A stretch of 64,000 nucleotides of DNA, from IMG/VR virus record IMGVR_UViG_2901146262_000001, positions 1-64,000 of that record; one strand, given 5' to 3'. The stretch is from a virus. Lineage: Duplodnaviria > Caudoviricetes. Position numbers and translations under genes: made by a program. Below, one piece after another: positions 1 through 11,300 of the stretch. Position 1 is the stretch's first letter; each line of letters begins with the position of its first letter. Below the pieces are notes generated by a model. That model was not told the DNA's origin. It saw only the letters and a list, made by a program, of their open reading frames with translations, and ran no database searches.

Positions 1-1230
1 TTAAAATGTTCCTTTGTTTAGTCTACGTTGCAATTCTTTAACAACCAAACTAGGATTAGATAATTTTCCATCCTGAACCGTACCGAGATGTTTCTGTAAC
101 TGTTTTATAGTGTTGGCTCCTAAACGACCATCTTGGGCAGAACCGACTTTCTTCTGCAACTTCTTGACCATCGGACTAGAGCCATTTCCAAATGTAACTC
201 CAATGATTTGTTTTGTGACAGCATTGTTTGGTTGATTTGAGATAACTCCATCAGCGGTTGTCTTTAATACTTTCTGAAGCTGTCGAGTTGTTCCATTACC
301 CCAAATGCCGTCGATTTTTAAATTGCCCGCAGAACCACTCAAAGCCTTATATGTTCCTTTACCAGCCAATCCATCATTAGTGATCCCAGCATCTTTTTGA
401 GCATTCCTTACAGCTGTTTCTGATGTACTTCCAAAATAGCTATCAACTTGTTTTGCAGTCAAGTATCCTTTAGCTTTCAATTTGTCCTGTAATTGCTTTA
501 CAGGATTTCCGTATTGACCATTTCTAAGAGTGGGAGTACCATTCCAGCTACCTGTTACTTTTATCCATGTTACTTTAGGTTTAGTGGTAGTGGATGAACC
601 AGTTTGTGTTTTGTTTGGCTTAGATGTTTTATTAGGTACCTTAGCGCCACCCTTAACTCCTAAATAATCCATAACAGCCTGTGCATCAGCCTGTGCCATG
701 TCTTCAATATACTGCGACTGTTTGCCACCAAAAATCAACTCAAAGTCACTGGCTGTATCCATAAAACCATGCTCGACTAGTACAGCAGGCATGTTAGTTT
801 CTCTATTGATGTGAAGATTCGTCCATGAACCACGCTCACCTGCATGTAAGCCATTGCCATGAGTACTGTATCCTTTGGCTTTAATATGCTTAACAACAGT
901 TTCTGCGAGTTTTTTAGATTCATTAGATGTGCCCCAATAAAAAGCACAACGACCTGTTCCTCCACCAGCATTAGCGTGGACAGAAAACACTACATCAACG
1001 TTCTCTCTGTTGTATAAATTTGTTCGAGTGGTCAGTGGTACATCAGCTTTATTTGGCTGTTGACCAAGGATGACTTTAACACCATTTGCTTCTAATATAT
1101 CTTTAATACGCATACCTAATTTAGCGTTGAAGCTGTGCTCAGCGTATCCTTTACCACCATTATAAACCCCTTTTGATGGGGGGAATGTATTACTCCCATG
1201 CCCAATATCTACTGCTACTGTTTTAACCAT
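1..1230 (-). CDS. Endolysin, N-acetylmuramoyl-L-alanine amidase (Amidase_3) with C-terminal peptidoglycan-binding repeats
   Basis: VDIGHG, E-H, SVHANA and PAVLVEHGF zinc-amidase motifs; repeated DG..G..T..(A/Q)LQ PG-binding repeats; follows the holin. Confidence 0.93.
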   Translation of the reverse strand: MVKTVAVDIGHGSNTFPPSKGVYNGGKGYAEHSFNAKLGMRIKDILEANGVKVILGQQPNKADVPLTTRTNLYNRENVDVVFSVHANAGGGTGRCAFYWGTSNESKKLAETVVKHIKAKGYSTHGNGLHAGERGSWTNLHINRETNMPAVLVEHGFMDTASDFELIFGGKQSQYIEDMAQADAQAVMDYLGVKGGAKVPNKTSKPNKTQTGSSTTTKPKVTWIKVTGSWNGTPTLRNGQYGNPVKQLQDKLKAKGYLTAKQVDSYFGSTSETAVRNAQKDAGITNDGLAGKGTYKALSGSAGNLKIDGIWGNGTTRQLQKVLKTTADGVISNQPNNAVTKQIIGVTFGNGSSPMVKKLQKKVGSAQDGRLGANTIKQLQKHLGTVQDGKLSNPSLVVKELQRRLNKGTF

Positions 1231-1264
1231 TAATAATCGTCTCCTTCAATTTTTATAAACACAA

Positions 1265-1298
1265 ATAAGGACACATCCCAATCGAGACATGTCCTTAC
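1265..1298 (-). terminator. Hairpin between holin and endolysin
   Basis: TAAGGACA...TGTCCTTA inverted repeat, followed on the minus strand by a short T-rich tail. Confidence 0.45.
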
Positions 1299-1327
1299 TG
1301 ATTAATCATTAAATTATTATGTAATAT

Positions 1328-1621
1328 TTATTTATTCTTCTTTGGTTTTGTATATGTCCGAGATAATTCAGAGTCAGAAATACCAGAAACAGTAGGGTCA
1401 GTTACAGAGTTAAACACACTGACAACAACCAAACCTAACAAGTATGGATTGCTGTATGCAGACTGAATCAAATCAGCTATTGAACTCCAAGTGGTCAAAT
1501 CCCCAAATGACAGCCCCACATATGCAAGAATGGGAGTTAATACTGCTAGTAATACCTGCGCCCAGAAAACTGGATTCTTAGCTCTAATTTGCCAGTTGAT
1601 ACCTTTTTTATTTTTATCCAT
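1328..1621 (-). CDS. Holin, phi LC3 family
   Basis: INWQIRAKNPVFW N-terminus, two TM helices, DPTVSGISDS C-terminal signature. Confidence 0.92.
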   Translation of the reverse strand: MDKNKKGINWQIRAKNPVFWAQVLLAVLTPILAYVGLSFGDLTTWSSIADLIQSAYSNPYLLGLVVVSVFNSVTDPTVSGISDSELSRTYTKPKKNK

Positions 1622-1660
1622 AATTTATCAATCTCCTTAAATAAATTTAATTGCCTTAAT

Positions 1661-2113
1661 CTATTCCTTAAGTCCCGTATGCTTCACAGTTGAAATACTT
1701 ATCAGTGTAAATATCGTCATACTAGTAAACGTAATAGCCCCAATTGTTGGGAAATTCAATATGTAACAAATACTAAACGTAGTATAAAGTAATGCCGATA
1801 ACACTAACCCTGTTATTCTAGTCGCATTATTATCCACCAACATGCCGATCGCTTTAGTAACCCCTGATATAAAGAACGCCATTGCCCACATATATTGAGG
1901 CATAATGGATAGTAACAACCAGTATAAATTTGTTATACTATTGTCTGCAGGTTGTAGCATATCAGGAAATAAAAATAACATTACAGCAGTTAAAATTGAA
2001 AATAAAGTTACAAACATTTCAAAAATGGGAGGTGATTTTGCGGCTTTATAATTGTTCACCTTATTGCTTATCTCTTCTAATTTAATCTCTTTGTCATCCA
2101 ATTTCAGGCTCAC
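1661..2113 (-). CDS. Membrane protein with 3-4 TM segments in the lysis cassette
   Basis: Several hydrophobic helices; lies between the XhlA-like gene and the holin. Confidence 0.7.
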   Translation of the reverse strand: MSLKLDDKEIKLEEISNKVNNYKAAKSPPIFEMFVTLFSILTAVMLFLFPDMLQPADNSITNLYWLLLSIMPQYMWAMAFFISGVTKAIGMLVDNNATRITGLVLSALLYTTFSICYILNFPTIGAITFTSMTIFTLISISTVKHTGLKE

Positions 2114-2119
2114 TCCTTT

Positions 2120-2392
2120 CTAATTTTGTATGAGCCATATAACCAATGAAACCACAGCAGTCACAATCCCACCTATTAATGCTGTAGTAAAGCTTCTTTT
2201 CATCCATCTACTTTCTTCCTTGATTTCTTCAATAGATTTAAAGATTGTAAGCAATTTTTCAACAGTGGAGTCTTTGAAAGACTGCAAGGCAGCTAATCTT
2301 TTGTCGTGACTGTTTAATTTGGCTTCATGTTGGTCGGCTTTCTTCTGCAAGTGTTCAATGTCCCACTGAGTTTTATCTGACACGATCACCAC
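2120..2392 (-). CDS. XhlA/hemolysin-like lysis accessory protein
   Basis: Coiled coil followed by W..R and one C-terminal TM helix (ALIGGIVTAVVSLVIWLI). Confidence 0.8.
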   Translation of the reverse strand: MVIVSDKTQWDIEHLQKKADQHEAKLNSHDKRLAALQSFKDSTVEKLLTIFKSIEEIKEESRWMKRSFTTALIGGIVTAVVSLVIWLIQN

Positions 2393-2704
2393 CTCTAATC
2401 TCCATAATTTATTTCTTTCTGTACATCTCTAAGTAAAACCAACATAAATCTCTCCTAGATTAATTGACTTGTGTGAAACTCCTTCCTTTTGTGTTCTTTT
2501 GTGCCGTTCTCAATAAAGTACACATTTATTGTAAACTTGTACACAATAAAGAACACACTCCTTTTTATTCCATAAAAAATAAGCCTGATCTATATCAGAC
2601 TTAAAAATCACCTTCGTTTATCTACCGAATGCTTACATTTACTCTGTTTTACTAACTCATAATTCAGATAAAAACCTTCTTTTATTGGAAAACTTATATT
2701 TGAC

Positions 2705-2736
2705 ATAAAAAGAGCACCCCAAAAGGGATGCGCCTA
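2705..2736 (-). terminator. Intrinsic terminator downstream of accessory ORF
   Basis: Minus strand GGCGCATCCC-TTTT-GGGGTGCTC followed by a T-run. Confidence 0.6.
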
Positions 2737-2737
2737 A

Positions 2738-2986
2738 TTATTTTCTCCTTAAATATTCGTTTCCTCTTTCCGTTATTCCATTAATCATCTGATCTCCAGC
2801 TCCGACTAAACTTCCGAACTTAGCATAACCATTTCTCTCAATAATCGTAAACTCATCCAGAATATCAAATGAATGCACTCCATGCTTATCAGCTAGGTCA
2901 TTTGCCACTTCAATTGTTGAGAGTCCTACAAAATCTCCACCTTTGATCTTCAGTAGTATTTCTCGTATTATTTTATCATTATTCAT
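2738..2986 (-). CDS. Small winged-helix-like hypothetical protein (accessory gene)
   Basis: IREILL...ITERG.EYL pattern typical of small wHTH proteins; strong RBS AAGGAG; own terminator. Confidence 0.6.
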   Translation of the reverse strand: MNNDKIIREILLKIKGGDFVGLSTIEVANDLADKHGVHSFDILDEFTIIERNGYAKFGSLVGAGDQMINGITERGNEYLRRK

Positions 2987-3105
2987 TTTACCTATCTCCT
3001 TTTTATTTGGTTATATATAATATAGCAGATAGGGTAGGGTAACTCTTGAATAATGACGATTAATTTAAAATATTTTTATTTTCATACTAAACTTTAGATA
3101 ACCAG

Positions 3106-3321
3106 TTAGTTGAGTATGCCTTGTTCTTTCCATGCATCAAATTGGTCTTTCCACATTGGTGTGGTAGCTTCATGATTATACAAAAAAACATATTTGAATA
3201 AAAAATCGGTCTCCCCGAACATCTTAATAAACGATTCTTTTGTAATACTGCATTCATGCGCGTCCAACCATATCTCCCCAAATCCGTAAGGGTCTCTCGG
3301 GAGTTTATCTAATTCATCCAT
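3106..3321 (-). CDS. Hypothetical protein
   Basis: RBS GGAGG upstream; co-oriented with the operon. Confidence 0.6.
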   Translation of the reverse strand: MDELDKLPRDPYGFGEIWLDAHECSITKESFIKMFGETDFLFKYVFLYNHEATTPMWKDQFDAWKEQGILN

Positions 3322-3334
3322 AAAAATATCCTCC

Positions 3335-4072
3335 TTACCATGAAATTCCTAAATTTACATTACAAACTGCATCAGAATCTGAAAGGTTAGTAACAATAAC
3401 GGCTACCCTTTTTGTTACTGGTACTTCCATCGTTAAAAATGACGGTCTTGCCAAAGTCGTTGATGTTTCTGCGGTTATTTCTATGTTGTTTCTAACAAGA
3501 TCGTCGGTTACATAACTATAAAAATACGCAACAGCTTTACATTTTTGGTCACTAGATACGTAAAATGATATTTTTTTAGCGCCTAATAATTCATTATCCC
3601 TGCTTAACGTAGCAAATGTTTTCGAGGAACCTGACATTATTTGCTCTTTGTCAGCTAATACAATTCCTTTACTATTACCTATATTTATAGTGGGTATCCC
3701 ATCCTCAAGATTACTCCCAGTAAGTTTAGTATCAAGAGTTCCTTCTAATTTCTTATTCGTCTCCAATAGGCTTTCATTAGTAGTTTTCAAAGCAGCAATA
3801 ATTTCAGCCTGTGTACCTTTAATTGACTCCAACTCAGCCTTAACATCTGCATCTTTAACATTTTGCAAATCAGGAAATATCACATCTTTTTGATTTGTCA
3901 TTTCTACTTTTTGTACATCTACAGGTTCGGGGAGGTTAGATATACTAACTTCACCGTCAACTGTCTGTACTTCTTTTTGATTTGTAACTTCAACTTTTGC
4001 ATCTTTAGTCCAGTCAGCCACATCTTTCCAAGCCTTCTCTAAATCCTTAAGATCAATCTTAGTCTCAGCCAT
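3335..4072 (-). CDS. Putative virion structural protein (coiled coil plus C-terminal beta domain)
   Basis: Repeated KVE(V/M)TNQK; TKLTGS junction; beta-rich C-terminus; late-operon position. Confidence 0.55.
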   Translation of the reverse strand: MAETKIDLKDLEKAWKDVADWTKDAKVEVTNQKEVQTVDGEVSISNLPEPVDVQKVEMTNQKDVIFPDLQNVKDADVKAELESIKGTQAEIIAALKTTNESLLETNKKLEGTLDTKLTGSNLEDGIPTINIGNSKGIVLADKEQIMSGSSKTFATLSRDNELLGAKKISFYVSSDQKCKAVAYFYSYVTDDLVRNNIEITAETSTTLARPSFLTMEVPVTKRVAVIVTNLSDSDAVCNVNLGISW

Positions 4073-4125
4073 TTAACTCCTCCTCCATTTTTTCTTTTTA
4101 ACATTAAAAAAAGAGTAGGGGAGAC

Positions 4126-5022
4126 CTACTCATCAATATTTACATCAATCACATCAGCATCAAACATATAGTTCATGAAGTCGGCTAATGTACTGTCCTC
4201 ATCAAAAGCATAATCCTCATCATATGACTTGTCTGCATCTATCCAATAAGGAAGTATAATACCTTTTGAAGTTGCAGCGCCAAGTAAAATAGCGAATCGT
4301 ATTAGCTTCTCATTTTCTTCTCTTTGTCTGTTATATTCCTCTAATTTTCTTTCATTTTCTAATCGTTCTCTATTAGTTTCGATCTCAATATGTAAATCAA
4401 ACAAATACTGTTCAATTTTATCCACCCATATATTTTCATGAATCCACTTGCCGTCCTCATATACTTTTATCGTAGCGTTGTGAAAGTCTTTGTTAAAATC
4501 ATATCTGTCATCATAAATGTAAATAGTAAGTGAATGCTTGTTGAATAGGGGAAACTTAAATATAAATTTATCATGTATATATGTATCAACTGTAGTCGGA
4601 ATTGATTTCATATCTCCAAGATTGTAGTCTAATGCCAGTTTGATTATGTCATAGGAATTATGAACGATCGCAAGTACATTTACGTCCGTTGCTGATATTG
4701 ATTTATTTTTAGATGTTACACTTTCTTCTTTTCTTACTATGTAGGATGTATGAGAATCAGACTTTGTCTGCGTCCCAACCTTGTTATAAATAACTCTATG
4801 TGACTTTTCTATAGTGTTTGATTTTGTATTAGACGTAACCGACCTTTTGATCTCTAAGTGATACCTCATACTTGATTTAGATATATTTGTTGAGTATATT
4901 CCATCTGACTTATCAACTGTATGTTCTACATGTGAGTTTGATTTGTTGATTGACCTTGCGCTAAACCTGTATACTGAATAATCCACATGTGATTGTGACG
5001 TTGTTTGTGAGTTGATTGACAT
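4126..5022 (-). CDS. Hypothetical late protein with Ser/Thr/His-rich N-terminal repeats
   Basis: Long ORF with an RBS, coupled to the upstream gene. Confidence 0.6.
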   Translation of the reverse strand: MSINSQTTSQSHVDYSVYRFSARSINKSNSHVEHTVDKSDGIYSTNISKSSMRYHLEIKRSVTSNTKSNTIEKSHRVIYNKVGTQTKSDSHTSYIVRKEESVTSKNKSISATDVNVLAIVHNSYDIIKLALDYNLGDMKSIPTTVDTYIHDKFIFKFPLFNKHSLTIYIYDDRYDFNKDFHNATIKVYEDGKWIHENIWVDKIEQYLFDLHIEIETNRERLENERKLEEYNRQREENEKLIRFAILLGAATSKGIILPYWIDADKSYDEDYAFDEDSTLADFMNYMFDADVIDVNIDE

Positions 5023-5034
5023 ACACTACTCACC

Positions 5035-5373
5035 TCAATCCAGACTAATTGTGTATCCATTTTCACCAATTACAAACTGGTCTCCTGATAGTATCTCTCT
5101 TGTATTTTTTAATTCAGTTAAGTCTATTAACTCTTCCGCTGAATAGATTCCTATGTGGGTTACAATTCCATAATCTTCTTCGGAAATTGGAAAGCGAACT
5201 TCTGCTTCATTCTTAATTTCTCCATTCTTTGAATACTGGAATTCTATTGATTGCCTTTCATAGCTATCCTCAGTCACTTCAGTCTCGACATCTGTAAATA
5301 ATGCTACATCAACTGCCCTGTCTGTAAAATTCTCTTCTAGTACCTTATTTTTCAAAAAATTAGTAAACGCCAT
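5035..5373 (-). CDS. Small tail-fibre-associated structural protein
   Basis: SYERQSI.F and FP....DYG.VTHIGIY pattern common in phage tail proteins. Confidence 0.65.
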   Translation of the reverse strand: MAFTNFLKNKVLEENFTDRAVDVALFTDVETEVTEDSYERQSIEFQYSKNGEIKNEAEVRFPISEEDYGIVTHIGIYSAEELIDLTELKNTREILSGDQFVIGENGYTISLD

Positions 5374-5434
5374 TTTATCTCTCCTTTGACAATATAAAAA
5401 AGAGGGGAGACCCCTCTAAGCTTTGCTTGCTTAT

Positions 5435-7771
5435 TTAATTCCATGAGTTAGCTGTATGCTTGTTCGAACTCGGCTGATTCCCCGAGAAATACGCATCTAA
5501 TCCCGGAGAGTTATTGCCAGTTACAAATATTCTGTAAGTTGTAGCAGTTACCCATATACCGTAAGATGGCTCATAATCTTCTCCCCATCCTCTAAGCAGA
5601 TTTCCCGTTACTGCTCCATTGGATGAATTGGTGGTAATTCTAATACACTGAGATCCTGCTTCACCGGGATTCTTTCGCCCAGAACCTATAATTGTGTTAC
5701 CGGATATCGTAAAGCCTAGAGAATTGGTATGAATATGTATGCCATATGTAGTTGTTCTCTTTACGGAATTGCCAGAAATGGTTGCTTGTTGACAAGCTTG
5801 TATGCTCATTCCTTTTCCTCCGCAATAATCTATTGAGTTGCCTGAAATTGTAAGCATCTGAACACCATTGGCAGATATTGCGTTTGTACCAATATTAGTC
5901 AATGAGTTACCATCAACTACCAATGAATAGCAGTCCCGAAGAGACAATCCCGATGCTTGATTCTCATGGATAACGTTATTAGAAACAACAGCTCGACTTA
6001 CACCTCTTAAGTAGACACCAACAGTATTTCCTTGTTTCTGAGATATGGTATTGCCACTTACAACTACCCCATAAATCCACACATCTTTTTCACTTTGAAT
6101 ACGAATAGAGGACGAGTGAGCTCCTCCTCCACGAATAAGATTATTAGTGATTTTAAAGTTATATACATTCTGACTTTTGTTTGTCTGTACACCATCTACA
6201 TCTATCGTATTATTCGGGTTGCTAGAATGTTTAGGAGGAACAACGTTTACAGCTGATCCACAATTGATAATATGATTATTAGATACGATTAAGTGATTCC
6301 AACTGAATGCACGTATAGCTTGCATAGTTAAGTTTTCAAATATATTGTCTACAATAGTTATGTATGAATGCCATCTTCCAATAGTGGCAGCATGAGAGCC
6401 AACTCCTCTAGGCCAAGCTCCAGATCCTCTTGTTCCAGACTCTCCAAAATAGCACCCTTGGACTAAAACGTTATGACACTGCGTGTTGTCATAGCCTCCA
6501 AATGCTCCAAAGTAGCCTGCCCCTTTAGCTAAGTCTAATTGAATTGCTTCGGAGAATGAACGTCCACCTGTATCTATAAATCCAAGAAATTTACAATTCA
6601 AAAACTGAACTTCTCTACTAGAATTCAATTCGATAGCATGCGATCCAGCCACATCTTTGATAGTGAGATTTTTAAAGACTATATTTTGAGAGTGTCCAAA
6701 AGCAAAACAGTTTGCCATCTGAGGGAATTTCACACCGTTGTAATCCCATACTCCGCCATCTACTGTAATGTTGGAGTTGCCGTCATACTTCGTGAATTCA
6801 TCATCTGGCATACCATTTGCCAGCATGTATCCACCAAACTCTTTTAAAATTGTAGTTTGCTCACTAAGATGCAAGTGGGTATTCATTTTCACTCTGAGTG
6901 TACTCGTAATCTTAAACACTCCATGTGGAAATGTAATCTTGATAAACTTGTCTTTCTCAGCAAGGTTCATGGCATCCTGTATAGCCTTGGTATCATCGGC
7001 TTTTCCATCACCTTTAGCTCCAAAATCCAACACGTTAACTTCACGAAGAAATCTTTGATTGATTTTTTCTACTTCATCATCTACTCGTTTGTGTATTTGA
7101 GTGTGATCAAATCTCAATCTTGCGTCCAAATTGTCGAATAGCTGACTTTCATCCGAGCTAAGAAAAGCATCATCTACCATTTTCTGATCGGCATCTAATC
7201 TCTTTTTTAGTGATGAGTATTTTTTCTTATTTAAGTCCTCATAAGCTTCTTCAATTTTTTCTTGTTCTGAATTAATTCTATCTCTGGCGACAGGAAATAC
7301 TTTGCCATTTCTGTCGGTACGAACATCCAGAATTTCATCTGGTTGTGGAGTTTCACGTATTAGTGTATCCACTCGATTCTTTTGTTCGTTAATCAACCTG
7401 TCAACATCTTTAAGTTTGTCGTTTAATGTCCAGCCGTCTTTATAGCCTGTCACGTATATTCTTGTGTCAGGGAAGAGGTAGGCGCCTTCACCTAAATAAG
7501 TGAAAGTTAGCGATACTCCTTGTTTTGAATCATGAAAAAAGACTATGCCATTAACATAGTCTACTCTGAATTGATTTTCTTCTATTTCTCCATCAGTTAT
7601 TTCGTAATATTCTTTAATTTGAACCCGATTAAATCTATTTGGAATTTCCGTTAACAAAGCATAATTCCTGTTTAAGGATAGTGTCTCAGTAATTTGACGG
7701 AACGGATCGCCTGTGGTGCCGTTTCTGCGCCTTGCGATTACTGGATCGTTGTATATTTTTGGGATGTTCAC
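5435..7771 (-). CDS. Tail spike / depolymerase with right-handed beta-helix (pectate-lyase-3-like; YomF/YomE-like)
   Basis: VNVLDFGAKGDG..DDT.AIQ.A motif followed by many ISGN/VSNN beta-helix repeats. Confidence 0.85.
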   Translation of the reverse strand: MNIPKIYNDPVIARRRNGTTGDPFRQITETLSLNRNYALLTEIPNRFNRVQIKEYYEITDGEIEENQFRVDYVNGIVFFHDSKQGVSLTFTYLGEGAYLFPDTRIYVTGYKDGWTLNDKLKDVDRLINEQKNRVDTLIRETPQPDEILDVRTDRNGKVFPVARDRINSEQEKIEEAYEDLNKKKYSSLKKRLDADQKMVDDAFLSSDESQLFDNLDARLRFDHTQIHKRVDDEVEKINQRFLREVNVLDFGAKGDGKADDTKAIQDAMNLAEKDKFIKITFPHGVFKITSTLRVKMNTHLHLSEQTTILKEFGGYMLANGMPDDEFTKYDGNSNITVDGGVWDYNGVKFPQMANCFAFGHSQNIVFKNLTIKDVAGSHAIELNSSREVQFLNCKFLGFIDTGGRSFSEAIQLDLAKGAGYFGAFGGYDNTQCHNVLVQGCYFGESGTRGSGAWPRGVGSHAATIGRWHSYITIVDNIFENLTMQAIRAFSWNHLIVSNNHIINCGSAVNVVPPKHSSNPNNTIDVDGVQTNKSQNVYNFKITNNLIRGGGAHSSSIRIQSEKDVWIYGVVVSGNTISQKQGNTVGVYLRGVSRAVVSNNVIHENQASGLSLRDCYSLVVDGNSLTNIGTNAISANGVQMLTISGNSIDYCGGKGMSIQACQQATISGNSVKRTTTYGIHIHTNSLGFTISGNTIIGSGRKNPGEAGSQCIRITTNSSNGAVTGNLLRGWGEDYEPSYGIWVTATTYRIFVTGNNSPGLDAYFSGNQPSSNKHTANSWN

Positions 7772-7799
7772 TAAATCACCCTTTCTTTATTTATCATTA

Positions 7800-7830
7800 A
7801 AAAAGAGCAGCCATATAAAATAGCCGCTCA
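7800..7830 (-). terminator. Intrinsic terminator
   Basis: Minus strand GAGCGGCTAT...ATGGCTGCTC followed by TTTTTT. Confidence 0.6.
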
Positions 7831-7832
7831 TT

Positions 7833-7970
7833 TTATTCCTTCTGTTTGATCAAATCTTCCTGTCCTTCTGCTATTAAAATTGCATTGACTTCTTCTCTCA
7901 GCTGTGTAGGGACTCTATTGTAATCCCACATACCACGAATAACATACGTTGCGAAAAGCAACGCTAACAT
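7833..7970 (-). CDS. 45-aa XkdX/CD1375-like tail-fibre accessory protein (not in the ORF track)
   Basis: Translated by hand: MLALLFATYVIRGMWDYNRVPTQLREEVNAILIAEGQEDLIKQKE; VP..LR.EV motif. Confidence 0.65.
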   Translation of the reverse strand: MLALLFATYVIRGMWDYNRVPTQLREEVNAILIAEGQEDLIKQKE

Positions 7971-7989
7971 GCTTCCTTCGTACACATCG

Positions 7990-8286
7990 TCACCCCATTT
8001 CAATATTCATTATTTTCTCGGACAGTTCCATAATAGCGATAGCATTCATCTCATCATCCGTCAATTTATCTGGTTTATCATTCGCTTCAGCTTTCAATTG
8101 CCTTTGTTTATCTACGTCTTTAATCAACTTACCATCCACATATTTAAATATCTCTGAGTTCCGTAAAACTTCATGATCTTTCGACACTTCAATAGTCTGC
8201 TCATTTTCGTTTCTTAACGACGTAGATGAAGTTATGCTCACATATCCATCTACGTCCGTCAAAAGGTATATTTTGATCATTTGCAC
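7990..8286 (-). CDS. Tail-fibre assembly chaperone-like protein
   Basis: FKYVDGKLIKD...AIMELSE pattern; directly follows the tail-tip gene. Confidence 0.65.
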   Translation of the reverse strand: MQMIKIYLLTDVDGYVSITSSTSLRNENEQTIEVSKDHEVLRNSEIFKYVDGKLIKDVDKQRQLKAEANDKPDKLTDDEMNAIAIMELSEKIMNIEMG

Positions 8287-8301
8287 AACTCCTCTAGTGA
8301 T

Positions 8302-11300
8302 TTACCATTCATAAATTGCCCTTAAAGCCATATTCCTGTTTTGCCCCTGACCATTAGTGTCATGACCGACAAGTCTTTCTCCACCGCCTCTAATCGTGAA
8401 ATATTTCATAACTTCATTGCCATCCCAATTTCCGCTACGCAAATAAACCCTAGCTCCATTGCTGCTAGTAGCATTCACAGATGTGTTTTTTGAGATATAG
8501 GTATACTGCCAGTCACTGTCGGTTGCTCCATCGCCTATAACATAGTTACTCCATTCTAAAATCCACCCATTGTTGCAATACTCCAAGGGCTTCTCTGGGT
8601 ATAATACGTGATCCGACCTCAAATAAACCGCCCCAGACCAAAGGAGTCTGTTTTCGTTTCTTACATTATAATTTCCTTTTGTGATCTCCCAAATACTATC
8701 CTCCGGTTGGTATACAGTGGGCTTGTCACCTTCGACCATTTGAATACCATCACAATGCACCCAATTGCTATCTCCACCCGATATTTTCACATCCAAAGAT
8801 CCACCTATTTGAAAGTTGCTTGGAACTGTAAAAGTAGAAGAACGTCTAACAACGGAATAATCATTTGGTACAGTTTCAAATATTTCGTTTATTAACCTAG
8901 TTCGACCACCAGCTGCGTTTATAACGTCCACCTCAAAGCGTGGCTTGCCGGGCGGCTGGTTCCATTGTCTTTTGAAGAAGCCAGATATCGTAAATTTAGC
9001 TCCACCACCAACGCCTTCATAAATATATTGTCTAACAAAGTTTGCATCTTTTACCGCTATCGCTCTGTTACCATGTATAGCAAGTGCTTTCGCATCCTCT
9101 GGAGCGAATTGGGTAACAATTTTAGGTTTGCCTGTGATGCTCCACTTATCGTTAATTGTCTTATCGATATCTACCCAGTTATGTTTAATTGAATCAGCGC
9201 TAGAGTATCCCGGTTGCATCATCTCAAACGAATGATCTTGAATCATGTTACGGGCTGGTGTGACGCTATATTCAACATTGGACACATTGTCTTGAAGAGT
9301 GAAGTCTCCATCTTTTGCTCTGAAGTTTGATCCAGTAATGTTGACCCCAGTAATATCTACACCAGTTAAAGTGCCTGTTTTCATCTCTGCTGCATTCAAG
9401 TTTCTAATGTTAACTTTACTTGCATCAATTTCACCAGCTATAAGGGAAGAGGCACTAAGATTGACTACACTTATTTTGCCAGCATCAAATGTTCCAGCAG
9501 TAATCTGAGACGCTGATAAATTAGCAGTCAATACAGAATCTGCTTGTATCTTGCCGATTACAGCTGAGTTGCCAAATATCTCATTTACATTTAACTCTTT
9601 AGCTGTAACACTGCCAGTGACCAATTTGCTACCATTGATAGCAGTGCCAGTTGATCCGTCTGAGTTGATAAATGAAACTAAGCCTGTGACATCCATTTTA
9701 TTTACATCAATTTTTAATCCTTCAGATGACAAGTTAAGTGAATTTACTATGCCGTCTCTATCCACTTTTAAATTAATATTTTCTGCATTTTGTTGGATAG
9801 ACGATTCAGCGATAAGCATGCGACTGCCTATATCTTCTGGTGCTTGTTGATATGACGTAGCCATATTTCCTTTTTCAAGCTGTGGCTGATACATGTGATA
9901 ACTCATTGCTGTGCCGTCTGGTCTTGCATTATCTGGTCTTATATACAAGCGTGTTTCGTATAACACTCTGTCATCAGTCTTAAAAGTCCATTCTAATCTT
10001 TTAAATTTGTCATGGTATTCAGTGCTAAATCTATTAGCGATATAGTTTGATCTATTACTTCCGTCATCATCATATGCCCACACAAGCATTTGCAGATTAG
10101 CAATCCCTCCACCGTGGTAATACCACATGGAAAAAGTGTATTCTGCGTTTGGTTCTAAGCGCATATAGTATTTTCCATTTTCGTCAATCGGGTTAATCGC
10201 ATATTCAGTTCTTTCTCCGACTGACCCTACATACGAGATCACACTACGCCCCTCTATAAAGGTTCCTTGTACCGATCCCCAGTTTGCCTGTCTAATAACA
10301 GGTGAAGAACTAGGGAAATTATGAAAATAACTGTTTTTTATATTTTCCAAACTTGCAGTTTCGTAATCTGTCCAGCGCCACAGGTTTCTTCCACCAACAG
10401 AAATATTGCTAACACTTGTCTCAATTCGGTCTGCTTTGACGGATAGGCTGGCAACTTGCTCACTTATGCCATCTATTCCACTACTAATATCACTAACGCT
10501 GCCTTCGATTCCATCCGCTCTTATACTTAAATCAGCTATTTGACTCTTAGTGCCATCTACATCAGATTTAATATTAGACACGCTACCTTGAATACCCTCA
10601 ATAGTCACATCTAACTGACTCATTTTATTGCTGTATACAGTAGTGTCTAGCTTATCTCCTAGTTGAGTATTCATTTCGGTTTTAGTGTATACTTCAGATT
10701 TCTCTGCTTTGAGAGATACACCTTCGGCTAGTATAGATAAGTCAGCTTGAGTGGTGGAAATTCTGTCTGAGATCGTTTCAAGCTGTGCGTCTGTATCCTC
10801 TGGTGCTGCTTCCCAATCTGTGGCTTTATTTCCTTTTTCTAATTGAGTGTTAGAAAATGTACACTCGCGCATTTCTTGTGAATACTTACCGTGATGAACC
10901 CTTACTTTAGTTGCATCACCTGTGTTGAATGTTTCATTTATGTTGTTGTCTATGAGTTTTACAAGTACGCTTCCATCCTCATGATAAACGGCTGTTCTAC
11001 CATACTCCACGCTTGCCGTTATGGTGTAATCTGTATTTGGCTCAACGTCTACCCAAAATTCCAGCCTCGTACTCGGACTTCCGTTTTCAATTATCTTAAA
11101 CTTATAAGGAGTAATTATCTCAATGCTCGATGCCTGAGTTTTCTCCCACTTGTCATAACTTCTTAATAAATTCCTGCCACCAATAACCAAAGCTTCGAAC
11201 TCTTTTTTAGTAACTGATAAATCAACCCTCTCAGAAGTCGCTTGTATCAAGGTTTTATTAGCCTCAATTTCAGATAAAATTCCACTTTTATCAGTTTGAT

